Sequence record: Ga0255782_10001211
Length of the DNA: 22,668 nucleotides
Direction: 5' to 3' (one strand)
Source: a metagenome
Shown: in pieces, positions 6,270 to 14,394 of the stretch
How positions within the stretch are numbered: the stretch's first letter is position 1
Layout of the letters: each line of letters opens with the position of its first letter
Notes under the pieces: model-generated
What the model was told of the DNA's origin: nothing
Seen by the model: the letters and a program-made list of their open reading frames with translations, nothing else
Databases searched by the model: none
Position numbers and translations under genes: made by a program

Positions 6270-8555
6270 ATGTCTCTGACGACGCAGAACCGCCCCGTCG
6301 TCGGGTCCGCCGGACGACGGCGAGAGACCCCGCTGTGTGGACGGCGGACGACGCGGACGACGCAGAGATGTCGACGTGTCCACGAGGCGACTGGTGCGCA
6401 CAACGGAAATGCCGTCGAAATGGTTGCGCGGACGACGTCGACGCGCGGAGGGGAGGGGTTATCGTTGAGCGGTCGACGAGTCAACGCGTGCGTTGTCGTC
6501 GCGCGCGATCGTTCGGGGCGAACGCTGCGGGTGCGGACGGCGGCGATTTCGTCATCGACGAGCGGTGAGGATTCTTCCTCTTCTTCAGACGAGTCGCTTC
6601 GCGGCTCGACGGAAGGAACGTTTGGGAACCCGGATTCGAGCGGGTTTTCTGACGTCACTTCGGCTGGGGCGAAACCGTTATTTACGGATCAAGACGCAAA
6701 GGAGGATGCGGCGGCACGGTTGGCGAAATTGGAGTCGTTGACGGTTTTGAGGGAGCTGTACAGCACGGTGGTGGACTGCGAGGCGAACCTCGCTGATGAT
6801 TACTTTATTCGTCACGCCGATGATGAGTCAGGGGAGGAGTCTTCAAAGCTGCTCGATGGGAAGAAACTCAGTGAGTTTGCGGTGCCGAGTCCAGAGTTGG
6901 AAGAGGCTATCAGCGCGCTGGAGGAGATGTTAGAATCGATGAAGGAGCTCGAAGCGGAGAAGGACAAGTTGCGTTCGGCGGCGACGATGATGGATGGCAA
7001 GTGGGAGATTCTCTTTGAAGACGCCGATGCGGTGAGAGATCTTTTGACGCAAAAGTTTTCCGATTGCGCCGATCGTGTGGAGGATCGTTGCAGAGAGATG
7101 AGCAACTACCTGCCGTACGAGTCGTGCGAACGTGCGGAGCGGGCACTCCAAGAGGCGCAGAGCGCCCTCGAGGCTGCGCAGGAAGACGCCGGAGAGTCCC
7201 AGGTTGGGGCTCGACTTCGTCCGCTCGGTCGTAAGGTTGGTAGAATCACTTCGAGAGGCGTTCGAAGCGCGGGTGTTTTAGGAGAGGGTCTCACGCAACT
7301 CAGAGCAAAACCTCGCGAGTCCATCGCAAACGTGGCTGAGTACTCGCAAGGGGTGTGGGCGCGTATCAACGGTCTCAGCGTGGGCGAGACTGGGGTGGTA
7401 GAAGTGTTAAAGTCATTCCCTGTGCCGCGCGTGAGCAAAGACAAGCGCGACGCGCGCATCTTGCGCTTGCTTATCGAGGTGCAGGATAGAGACAAGGCGT
7501 TGACCGAGGCGCAAAAGACGAGAGACGGCATCATGGCCCAGGGAAGGAGCTCGCTTCTCTCTCGCGTCGCCCTGGGGGACAAGATTCGTGAGTGCGACGA
7601 AAAAGTTTCGACGCTTAGACGGGTTTTCGCCGTTCGAACGCTTCAAATGGAGATGGAGCGCATCATCTTGGCGCTCGAGGAAGAGTTGGCCACGCCTCCG
7701 GATCGCTTGTCCAAGGCGGAACTTAACGACATGCAGCTCATGGTGGCGGAGTTTGGAGTGATGGATCTCTCCTTGCGTCGATTGATTTCTCTCGTCGATC
7801 GTCAAGAATCTCAGCTCATCGACGACGAGGATTTGTCCAAGTTGGCAATGGAAATTCCAGACATGAAGCTCCGCTTAGCCATCAGAGACGACAACAACGC
7901 CGCCATGTCCATGGATCTCATGCGTGAGCGTTTCGTTTTAACCATGCAAGAGTCTGGCGCTACCATAAGAGAGGGTGGTACCTTTTTGTTCCGAGGCGTC
8001 AAGCTCCTCGGATCAGACATTGGCACGTCGTTGCGCCTCTTCATGCGCGCCGCGTTCGGCACCACTCTGCGACCTCGCGAAGTGCAAGTTGTCCGCCGCA
8101 CCTTTCTCGATGTTTTCACCTTTGTCCCTTTTATGATCATTCTGATCACTCCCATCACTCCCGTTGGTCATGTTTTGGTCTTTGGTTTCATTCAGCGTTA
8201 CTTTCCGCAGCTTTTCCCGTCTCAATTTACCTCGAGACGACAAGAGCTCATGCAAAAGTACGAAGAGCTCAAGGAACAGCTCGCTGTGGCGGAAGAAGCC
8301 GCTGACGCCGCCAACGAGAGCGAAGCCCTGCGTCGGGCCGTCGCAGCGGTGAGTTCAGTCAAGAGCATGATTAGTGGCGCCGTGAGCGACGTCACTGAGC
8401 GACTGGAGTCTGCGAGCGAGCAAGTCGCCGCCGTTGACGGCGCCAAAGAACAGCAGCGTCTGGAAGCGCTTCGCACGGAGATTGATCAAACAAGCGCTCG
8501 ACTAGCCGGTTCGGACGACGATGACGACGAGGAGAAGGATGATAAGAACGATTAG
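6270..8555 (+). CDS. LETM1-like domain protein (plant-type 'LETM1-like protein'), probably organelle-targeted
   Basis: 761-aa ORF with ATG at 6270. The C-terminal region FLFRGVKLLGSDIGTSLRLFMRAAFGTTLRPREVQVVRRTFLDVFTFVPFMIILITPITPVGHVLVFGFIQRYFPQLFPSQF matches the LETM1-like membrane/RBD module. The middle is coiled-coil rich. The N-terminus is Arg/Ser/Thr-rich and presequence-like, and the tail is acidic. Confidence 0.8.
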   Translation: MSLTTQNRPVVGSAGRRRETPLCGRRTTRTTQRCRRVHEATGAHNGNAVEMVARTTSTRGGEGLSLSGRRVNACVVVARDRSGRTLRVRTAAISSSTSGEDSSSSSDESLRGSTEGTFGNPDSSGFSDVTSAGAKPLFTDQDAKEDAAARLAKLESLTVLRELYSTVVDCEANLADDYFIRHADDESGEESSKLLDGKKLSEFAVPSPELEEAISALEEMLESMKELEAEKDKLRSAATMMDGKWEILFEDADAVRDLLTQKFSDCADRVEDRCREMSNYLPYESCERAERALQEAQSALEAAQEDAGESQVGARLRPLGRKVGRITSRGVRSAGVLGEGLTQLRAKPRESIANVAEYSQGVWARINGLSVGETGVVEVLKSFPVPRVSKDKRDARILRLLIEVQDRDKALTEAQKTRDGIMAQGRSSLLSRVALGDKIRECDEKVSTLRRVFAVRTLQMEMERIILALEEELATPPDRLSKAELNDMQLMVAEFGVMDLSLRRLISLVDRQESQLIDDEDLSKLAMEIPDMKLRLAIRDDNNAAMSMDLMRERFVLTMQESGATIREGGTFLFRGVKLLGSDIGTSLRLFMRAAFGTTLRPREVQVVRRTFLDVFTFVPFMIILITPITPVGHVLVFGFIQRYFPQLFPSQFTSRRQELMQKYEELKEQLAVAEEAADAANESEALRRAVAAVSSVKSMISGAVSDVTERLESASEQVAAVDGAKEQQRLEALRTEIDQTSARLAGSDDDDDEEKDDKND

Positions 8556-8776
8556 AGCCCGGCGGTATAGAAAGTAGCCCAAACGCGCGAAAGATAGACG
8601 AACGTGCTTTTTTAAACAGAAAACGCGAGCAGCGTGCAGTGAAAATCATAACTACTCGACAACCTGCGGACATCCTCCTCACTCGACGTTGCGCGCGAAT
8701 GCGCGTCGCGCAAGGAACCCACGCACGCGCGAACGCTCTGTATTCACACAATCGTCCGCGCGTCCCGCAAAGAAGG

Positions 8777-8956
8777 ATGACACCGGCACCGACGCAGAAG
8801 CGTCAAAAGACTGGAACGACTGCGCAAGCTGCGAGCGCTCAAACCGTCGTCGCTGGGAACTCTTGGTCGTGGCCGCGAGACACCCCCGTCGGACACCACG
8901 TCGTCGGTGAGAGTCATCGGGTGAAAGGGCTTCACTTGACGGATCACTTTATCGCG
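8777..8956 (+). CDS. Prolyl aminopeptidase-like alpha/beta hydrolase, exon 1 (alternative ATG at 8699)
   Basis: This frame encodes ...WPRDTPVGHHVVGESHRVKGLHLTDHFIA and ends at the donor GCG|GTGCGTG (8957). It supplies the conserved segment that precedes PLDY in this family. The ATG at 8777 has A at -3. Confidence 0.7.
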
Positions 8957-9054
8957 GTGCGTGCGGTTCGCGACGACTGATAACGGCGACGTGGCTGGTT
9001 GAGTGATTAAAAAGTGACTGACTGACGCAAACTGTACTTCGCGCGCAACTGCAG
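8957..9054 (+). other. Spliceosomal intron (98 nt, phase 0) of the aminopeptidase gene
   Basis: Donor GTGCGTG, branch-like GACTGACTGAC (9017-9026) and acceptor CTGCAG|G. The in-frame stop at 8978-8980 is removed by splicing. Confidence 0.7.
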
Positions 9055-10431
9055 GCGCCTTTGGATTATTATTCCGCGTCAAAGGCGAACATCACCGGTG
9101 AGAATGTCGCACCAAATCTGATCAAGGTGTACGTTCGGGAAGTCGTGAGCGCGGCGCGGGGGAAGATGAGCGCTGAGGAGCGGGCGGCGTTGCCGTGTGT
9201 GCTGTTTCTGCAGGGCGGCCCCGGGTTTGAGTGCGGCCGACCAGACGCGGATGGAGGATGGGTGGGAGAGATGGTCAAGGAGCATCGCGTGTTTTTACTC
9301 GATCAGCGCGGTACGGGGAGGTCGAGCGCGGAGATTGTTAGGTTTAACGAGGATGGTTCGTGTAAGGTGGCCTTTGAGGAAGGCCAGGGGGCGACCGCTG
9401 ACGTACACATGGGCCGAATGTTGGCGCAATGTTTCAGAGCGGATTCGATTGTCGAGGATGCGGAACTGTTTCGCAAGACGGTTCTCGGTAAAGAGCAAAA
9501 GTTTACGCTTCTCGGACAGTCGTTCGGTGGGTTTTGCATCACGACGTATCTCTCGATGCACCCCGAAGGCGTGAAGGAGGCGCTCTACACGGGTGGTCTA
9601 CCGCCGTACGTGGAGAAGGAAGCCGCGGCTTTCGACGCGTACGTCAAGCTCTTCGAGAGAGTACGCGTTCAAAACGAAAAGTTTTACGCGCGCTTTCCGG
9701 GAGACGTCGAGCGTGTGAGGTATCTGTGCGAGTACGCTCGCAAGAATGAGGCGTCGCTGCCTGGCGGAGGAAGGTTGAGCGCTGAAGTCGTGCAGGCGCT
9801 CGGATTTTCCAACCTAGGCACGGCGTCCGGGATGGAAAGGCTGCACTATATCTTAGAAAACGTCGATGTGGAACCAACTTTTGCTGTGCCGCTGGCGCAC
9901 AAGCTTCTCATAGAGATTGAGAATGCGTTCAGACACTTTGAGACGAACCCATTGTACGGCATTCTTCACGAATCAATTTATTGCAATGGTGGTAACGCCT
10001 ACGGCGGCGCCGAGAAGGCGAAAGCCAAACTTTCCGGAACGTCATTCGACGTCGACGCCGCGCTCACGACGCCTGGGCAAAAGATTTACTTCACCGGAGA
10101 GATGGTTTTCGATTTCTTTTTTGACGACATTCCTGCCCTTGCGCCGTACAAAGGCGTCCTCGACTGTCTCAAATCCGGCGACACCGGTCAGTTTCGCCGG
10201 TTGTACGATGCCCAAGCGCTCTCTGCGAATGATGACATTCCGGTCGCTTGCGCCAGTTACGTCGAGGACATGTTTGTCGACTTTGATCTTGCCGCAGAAA
10301 CCGCCAGCCGAATCGCCGGCGCTCGCGTCTGGAGCACGTCGGAATACATGCACTCTGGCATTCGCGAAGACGGCGCGAGAATCGTCTCCAAGCTCCTCTC
10401 CTACGTCAGAGACGAGGATCCAATTCGTTAA
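9055..10431 (+). CDS. Prolyl aminopeptidase-like alpha/beta hydrolase (peptidase S33 type), exon 2
   Basis: The ORF-track start at 9061 is TTG, and the first internal ATG would delete conserved sequence. Family motifs are present: APLDYY..., VLFLQGGPGFECGRP, FLLDQRGTGRSS, the nucleophile elbow LLGQSFGGFC, and FTGEMVF...EYMHSGIRED. Confidence 0.9.
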   Translation, partial: APLDYYSASKANITGENVAPNLIKVYVREVVSAARGKMSAEERAALPCVLFLQGGPGFECGRPDADGGWVGEMVKEHRVFLLDQRGTGRSSAEIVRFNEDGSCKVAFEEGQGATADVHMGRMLAQCFRADSIVEDAELFRKTVLGKEQKFTLLGQSFGGFCITTYLSMHPEGVKEALYTGGLPPYVEKEAAAFDAYVKLFERVRVQNEKFYARFPGDVERVRYLCEYARKNEASLPGGGRLSAEVVQALGFSNLGTASGMERLHYILENVDVEPTFAVPLAHKLLIEIENAFRHFETNPLYGILHESIYCNGGNAYGGAEKAKAKLSGTSFDVDAALTTPGQKIYFTGEMVFDFFFDDIPALAPYKGVLDCLKSGDTGQFRRLYDAQALSANDDIPVACASYVEDMFVDFDLAAETASRIAGARVWSTSEYMHSGIREDGARIVSKLLSYVRDEDPIR

Positions 10432-10540
10432 TTTCTCACCACTCGACGAGAGACGCCATCGTTCGATGAATGAAACTACTAACTAAAATGTGTTTAATAC
10501 AAATTCGCTTGAGAGCTCCTACGCGCGCTCCAACGCTTCG

Positions 10541-10741
10541 CTAAGACTTTCTTCCATCCTTACCCCCGCTTTCGCTCCCCGTTCCCGCCGCTTTCCGCGC
10601 CTCTTCGCTCGCCGCGTTGTAATGCATGAACCCTTTCGCCGTCGTCGCCGCGAACCACGCGCCGGAGACCACCGTCGTCGCGAACAACCCGAGCGTCGTC
10701 GCTCGAAAGGCGACGTCGACGAGGCTCGTCTTCCCACTCAT
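10541..10741 (-). CDS. Candidate small (66 aa) single-pass membrane protein, family not recognised
   Basis: The sequence MSGKTSLVDVAFRATTLGLFATTVVSGAWFAATTAKGFMHYNAASEEARK... contains one clear hydrophobic helix. Third codon positions are strongly G/C, much more so than in the overlapping frame. Its ATG (10739-10741) is the first ATG on this strand after a 400-nt ATG-free stretch. The plus-strand ORFs here are Arg-rich antisense artefacts. Confidence 0.45.
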   Translation of the reverse strand: MSGKTSLVDVAFRATTLGLFATTVVSGAWFAATTAKGFMHYNAASEEARKAAGTGSESGGKDGRKS

Positions 10742-11221
10742 CTTTCAAGACGACGCCGCTTGCTTCACGAACACAAAGACACACGAGCGCGCGCGCGAGA
10801 AAGATTTCCGCGTATGGATCCCAGTCGCGTTCCGTGACGTTTCTCGCGTTCGCGTCGTCGTCGAGTGACGGATCACGAGCAAAGTTGGCTTTCCAATCTT
10901 TGGACTTTTCTTCCAGGCACGTAGCCCCTTGAACGCGATATTGGTTGGGCGGTTTGGATTCGATCACGTCGGTCACGAGGAGTGAGTAATGAGTCGTGAG
11001 ATTGTATTAAAGAAGGGAAACAAAGAAGGATTGAGTACGGTGCGCTCGTCGTCGTTAATCGTCTCGCGGATAGATGGACGTTGGACTGGATGGAACCTAG
11101 GAAAAAAAACAAAGCAAACAAAGCGAGGCGACCTCTTTCCTCATTGAACCGACGCGTCGAGCGACGGTGGTCGATGCTCTCTTCTTCTTTTTGTTGCGAT
11201 GGTCGTCATCGTGATGGATGA

Positions 11222-12958
11222 TTACCACCCGTCTTCGTCTTCGTCGTCGTCAGACCACGCAGCGTCGGCGACGCCCGCCGTTGGAGCGGCGCTGCCGGCG
11301 GCGGCGGGCGCGCTCACCATCATGTGCTTAAACTTGTCTTCGACGGCAATGGTAACCCCACTGTCCGTTTCGAGGACGGCGGCTTGGTGTTGACGACCCT
11401 CACGCCAGGCTTTGGCTTCTTCGCGCTCCTTGGCGCGTGCCTCCTTGCCCGTCGCAAAGGCAAACGCGTTACCCGCCTCGAGTTCCATGAGCGCGCGCTT
11501 GATTTGCGCCACGATGAACGAGTCGCGATCCGTGTAAAAGGACGTGGAGCGACCAGACATACCGGCGCGACCGGTACGACCGATGCGGTGGACGTAATCC
11601 TCAAAGTTGCGAGGCAAGTCCATGTTGACGACGTGCGCGACACCCTTGACATCCAAACCACGCGCGGCGACATCCGTGGCAACCAACACAGAGCAACGTC
11701 CCTCCTTGTAATCCTGGAGAGCCGCCTCACGCTCCGCCTGAGATCGTCCACCATGCAACGCGGCAGCCGGAACGCCTTCCGCGTTTAATAACTCGGCAAT
11801 CTCATCCGCACGGTTCTTGCGCTCGACGAAAACCACCGTCATGGGCATGTCCGAGCCGAGCTTGGTGGCTTCATTCTTCTCCCCAATCAACATGGCAACC
11901 AATCTATTAACCTTTTCACCATCAACGACCTTTTCTAAGTGTTGCGACACGTTCGCCGTCGGAGCGCTCGTTTGACCAACCTTCACCTTGACCGGCTTGT
12001 TGAGGTACTCGCTCGCCAAAGCTTCAACCTCGCTCGGCATTGTCGCGGAAAAGAGGAGCGTTTGATGACGCTTGGGCAAGTTCATCAACACTTCTCGAAT
12101 TTGCGGCTCGAAACCCATGTCCAACATTCTGTCCGCTTCATCCAAGACTACGAACGAAACGCGAGCGAGGTTGGTGTTACCCTGTTGCAAGTGATCGAGC
12201 AATCGACCGGGCGTGGCGACGATGATTTGCACGCCACCGCGCAACATGGAACGCTGTTCGTACATATTCGTACCGCCGACAATGATGGCTGTTCTAAACC
12301 CCTTTGAGCTTCTCGAAAACGTCTTCCCCTCCGCTTCAATCTGTTGCGCCAACTCTCTCGTCGGCGCCATAACAATCGCAAACGGCCCATCACCCTGACG
12401 CAACGGCGGTTGGTTCAAACAGTGCTGCACCATTGGAATGGAAAACGCCGCCGTCTTCCCGCTCCCCGTCTCGGCACACCCGAGCACATCCCTTCCGCTC
12501 AAAATCACCGGAATCGCCTGCGCCTGAATCGGCGACGGTTTATCGTACTCTCTGTGTCGAATATCCATCATGATATCCTTACTCAGATTCATATCCTCGA
12601 ACGATTCGATCGCCGACGGTGCCTCGGCTTCGTTCTCCGGAACCTCCACCGTCACCCCGAGCCGGTCACGAATCTCCGTCTTTTGTTCCTCCGTCAGCGC
12701 CTCCACCCGCGCGCTCGGCCGCCAATTCGCAAAAACCGCCGCGCCAGAATCTCTCCCACCGCCCTGTCCCCGTCCGCTCATCACCGGCGGCGCGCGGTCA
12801 CCGGGTCCGTACGACGACCCACCGGGTCCGCCGCCGAAGGATCGGTGTCGGTCTGATTGTTGGTCGTTTCCTCCTCTGCTCCTCTCCGGCGGCGGCGCCG
12901 CGCCGGCACCGCCGTCGGACGATCCTCCGCCTCGCAAGTGCGGCGGAACGTACCCCAT
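11222..12958 (-). CDS. DEAD-box ATP-dependent RNA helicase (DDX3/DDX5/DDX41-like clade; exact orthology not resolvable by eye)
   Basis: ATG at 12956-12958. All core motifs are present: Q-motif region SFEDMNL...PSPIQ, AETGSGKT (I), PTRELA (Ia), DEAD (II), SAT (III), LVATDVAARGLD (V), HRIGRTGR (VI). The N-terminus is RGG/Gly-rich and begins MGYVPPHLRGGG. The acidic C-terminal tail ends in W. Confidence 0.95.
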   Translation of the reverse strand: MGYVPPHLRGGGSSDGGAGAAPPPERSRGGNDQQSDRHRSFGGGPGGSSYGPGDRAPPVMSGRGQGGGRDSGAAVFANWRPSARVEALTEEQKTEIRDRLGVTVEVPENEAEAPSAIESFEDMNLSKDIMMDIRHREYDKPSPIQAQAIPVILSGRDVLGCAETGSGKTAAFSIPMVQHCLNQPPLRQGDGPFAIVMAPTRELAQQIEAEGKTFSRSSKGFRTAIIVGGTNMYEQRSMLRGGVQIIVATPGRLLDHLQQGNTNLARVSFVVLDEADRMLDMGFEPQIREVLMNLPKRHQTLLFSATMPSEVEALASEYLNKPVKVKVGQTSAPTANVSQHLEKVVDGEKVNRLVAMLIGEKNEATKLGSDMPMTVVFVERKNRADEIAELLNAEGVPAAALHGGRSQAEREAALQDYKEGRCSVLVATDVAARGLDVKGVAHVVNMDLPRNFEDYVHRIGRTGRAGMSGRSTSFYTDRDSFIVAQIKRALMELEAGNAFAFATGKEARAKEREEAKAWREGRQHQAAVLETDSGVTIAVEDKFKHMMVSAPAAAGSAAPTAGVADAAWSDDDEDEDGW

Positions 12959-13286
12959 GCTTCGCTTCTCGAACCGACGGGCGGGCGATCAATGGCGGGC
13001 CGGAGAGGCGTCGCCGCGACGAAGAGGCGCGATTTTCGTGCGGATCCCACGCGGGCGGTCCAGTTTTATACTGTTTGTGCATATAAAATGAACACACGCG
13101 AAAACGTCGCGAAAACCACGTACATCGGACTCGAGCACGTGTAGTATGTGAGCCCGATGTCGCAATTGTATGGGTAAACAGTACAATATTTTTGTGACAT
13201 CGTCGCTCAGCCTTCGCACGTCTCGGCTGCCCATCGCGCGCGCTCCGTCTTTTCTCGGCGCGTCTCGAAGGATACGACGATCAACG

Positions 13287-13309
13287 ATGGCGAAGGGTGA
13301 ACCGACGAG
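13287..13309 (+). CDS. RPL35A: Ribosomal protein eL33 (RPL35A), exon 1 (23-nt coding micro-exon: MAKGEPT + 2 nt)
   Basis: ATGGCGAAGGGTGAACCGACGAG|GTGCGTGTG. Joined to 13896 it gives [20 protein letters not shown], matching the conserved eL33 N-terminus (M.KG....RLYVRG). The ORF-track start at 13870 is TTG and lies inside the polypyrimidine/acceptor region. Confidence 0.75.
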
Positions 13310-13895
13310 GTGCGTGTGATTTACTCGCCTCTTTCGTTTTTTTTGTTCGTGTTAGTCTCGGCGTCGGTTGGCGTGGATGACGACCGTCGCGTCGTCGGGA
13401 CGTTGGATGGGATTCCGCGCGCGTTTTGGGGTTTCGGTGGAGTCGCCACGCGCGCCTCGAAGCGTGGGATCTGGCGGACGATCGCGGACGACGGCGACGA
13501 GGAGACGCTTTGGATGGATGGTGACGAAACGTTTACGTCGCTTTGACGTCCTGGATTCACCGTCGTCGTCCTCCGTCGGGTCCCTCGGGCGCGTCATCTT
13601 CGTTGCGGACGCACCGGGACCCTAGAAATGCGATCCGAACGAGACCCGTCGCGCGGTGTGCGCGCGCGTCGCGCGCGGGTGGTTTCGACGGCGAGCGCCG
13701 GCGGGAACGATCGAGACCGTTCACTTCACGTCGGTTTCCGTCGTTCGTGGTTCGGGATCGCGATCGACGACGCGGTGACGGGCGGTTGGTTTGCGTCATC
13801 CACGAGAGAGGGTTGGAGCGCTGAGAGAGGGACTCGTTTTGCGTGAGAGAGGGAGCGGACTGACTGACTTTGTTTTCTTTTAAATTCAAACGTAG
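13310..13895 (+). other. Spliceosomal intron (586 nt, phase 2) of RPL35A
   Basis: Donor GTGCGTG, branch-like GGACTGACTGAC (13858-13868), a T-rich tract and acceptor AACGTAG|A. Confidence 0.75.
13804..13853 (+). repeat. Three exact GAGAGAGGG 9-mers (13804-13812, 13823-13831, 13845-13853) just upstream of the RPL35A branch site
   Basis: Read directly from the sequence. Spacing is 19 and 22 nt, and all copies lie within the last 95 nt of the intron. Confidence 0.8.
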
Positions 13896-14202
13896 ACTGT
13901 ACGTCCGCGGCGTGATTCTTGGTTACAAGCGCGCGCGCACCAACCAATACAACCACACGTCGCTCATCAAGCTCGAGGGCGTGAACGACAGCGCGGCGAC
14001 GTCCTTTTACGGCGGTAAAAAGTTGTGCTACGTGTACAAGGCGAAGACGAAGAAGCAGGGGACGGCGTACCGCACGATTTGGGGTAAGGTTATGCGCTCG
14101 CACGGTACCTCTGGTGTCGTCCGCGCCAAGTTCAAGAAGCACTTGCCGTCCAACTCCATCGGTGGTAAGGTTCGCTGCATGCTCTTCCCGTCCAACATCT
14201 AA
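13896..14202 (+). CDS. RPL35A: Ribosomal protein eL33 (RPL35A), exon 2
   Basis: (R)[30 protein letters not shown]...YVYKAKTKK...[24 protein letters not shown]...FPSNI* is near-identical in pattern to plant and animal eL33. Confidence 0.95.
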
Positions 14203-14394
14203 GGTCGCGCGCTTTGCGAGGGAAGAGTTGCGCTGGCTCGGCGAGACCGCGGGTCGACATTCATAGTCCAAACATCAGTATTAGTGATTAGCGTTTGATG
14301 TAAAAATCGATCGTTACTTGAACCAAACCACCTCCGTCTATTCGTTTTTCGTTCACCCACGTGCATGCGCTACGCTACGCTATGATTACAAAAG

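Noticed and set aside
10742-10784. 43-nt GT...AG segment that would fuse the ATG-less upstream frame to the 66-aa ORF.
   Set aside because: I did not annotate it as an intron. The donor GTGTGTC and the absence of the GACTGAC box differ from the three supported introns, and the fused model still lacks an ATG. It is kept only as a hypothesis in the findings.
10490-10837. 115-aa plus-strand ORF, and other plus-strand ORFs, between the aminopeptidase and the helicase.
   Set aside because: The products are Arg-rich with no hydrophobic core or motifs, and third positions are not GC-biased. They are antisense to the better-supported minus-strand small ORF.
13310-13895. Looked for an intron-hosted C/D or H/ACA snoRNA in the long RPL35A intron (for example GGATGA at ~13375, CTGA at ~13822 and 13861).
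   Set aside because: There is no exact C box (RTGATGA), and no C/D pair at snoRNA-like spacing with terminal complementarity. The candidate boxes are about 450 nt apart. This remains only a suggestion for a computational scan.
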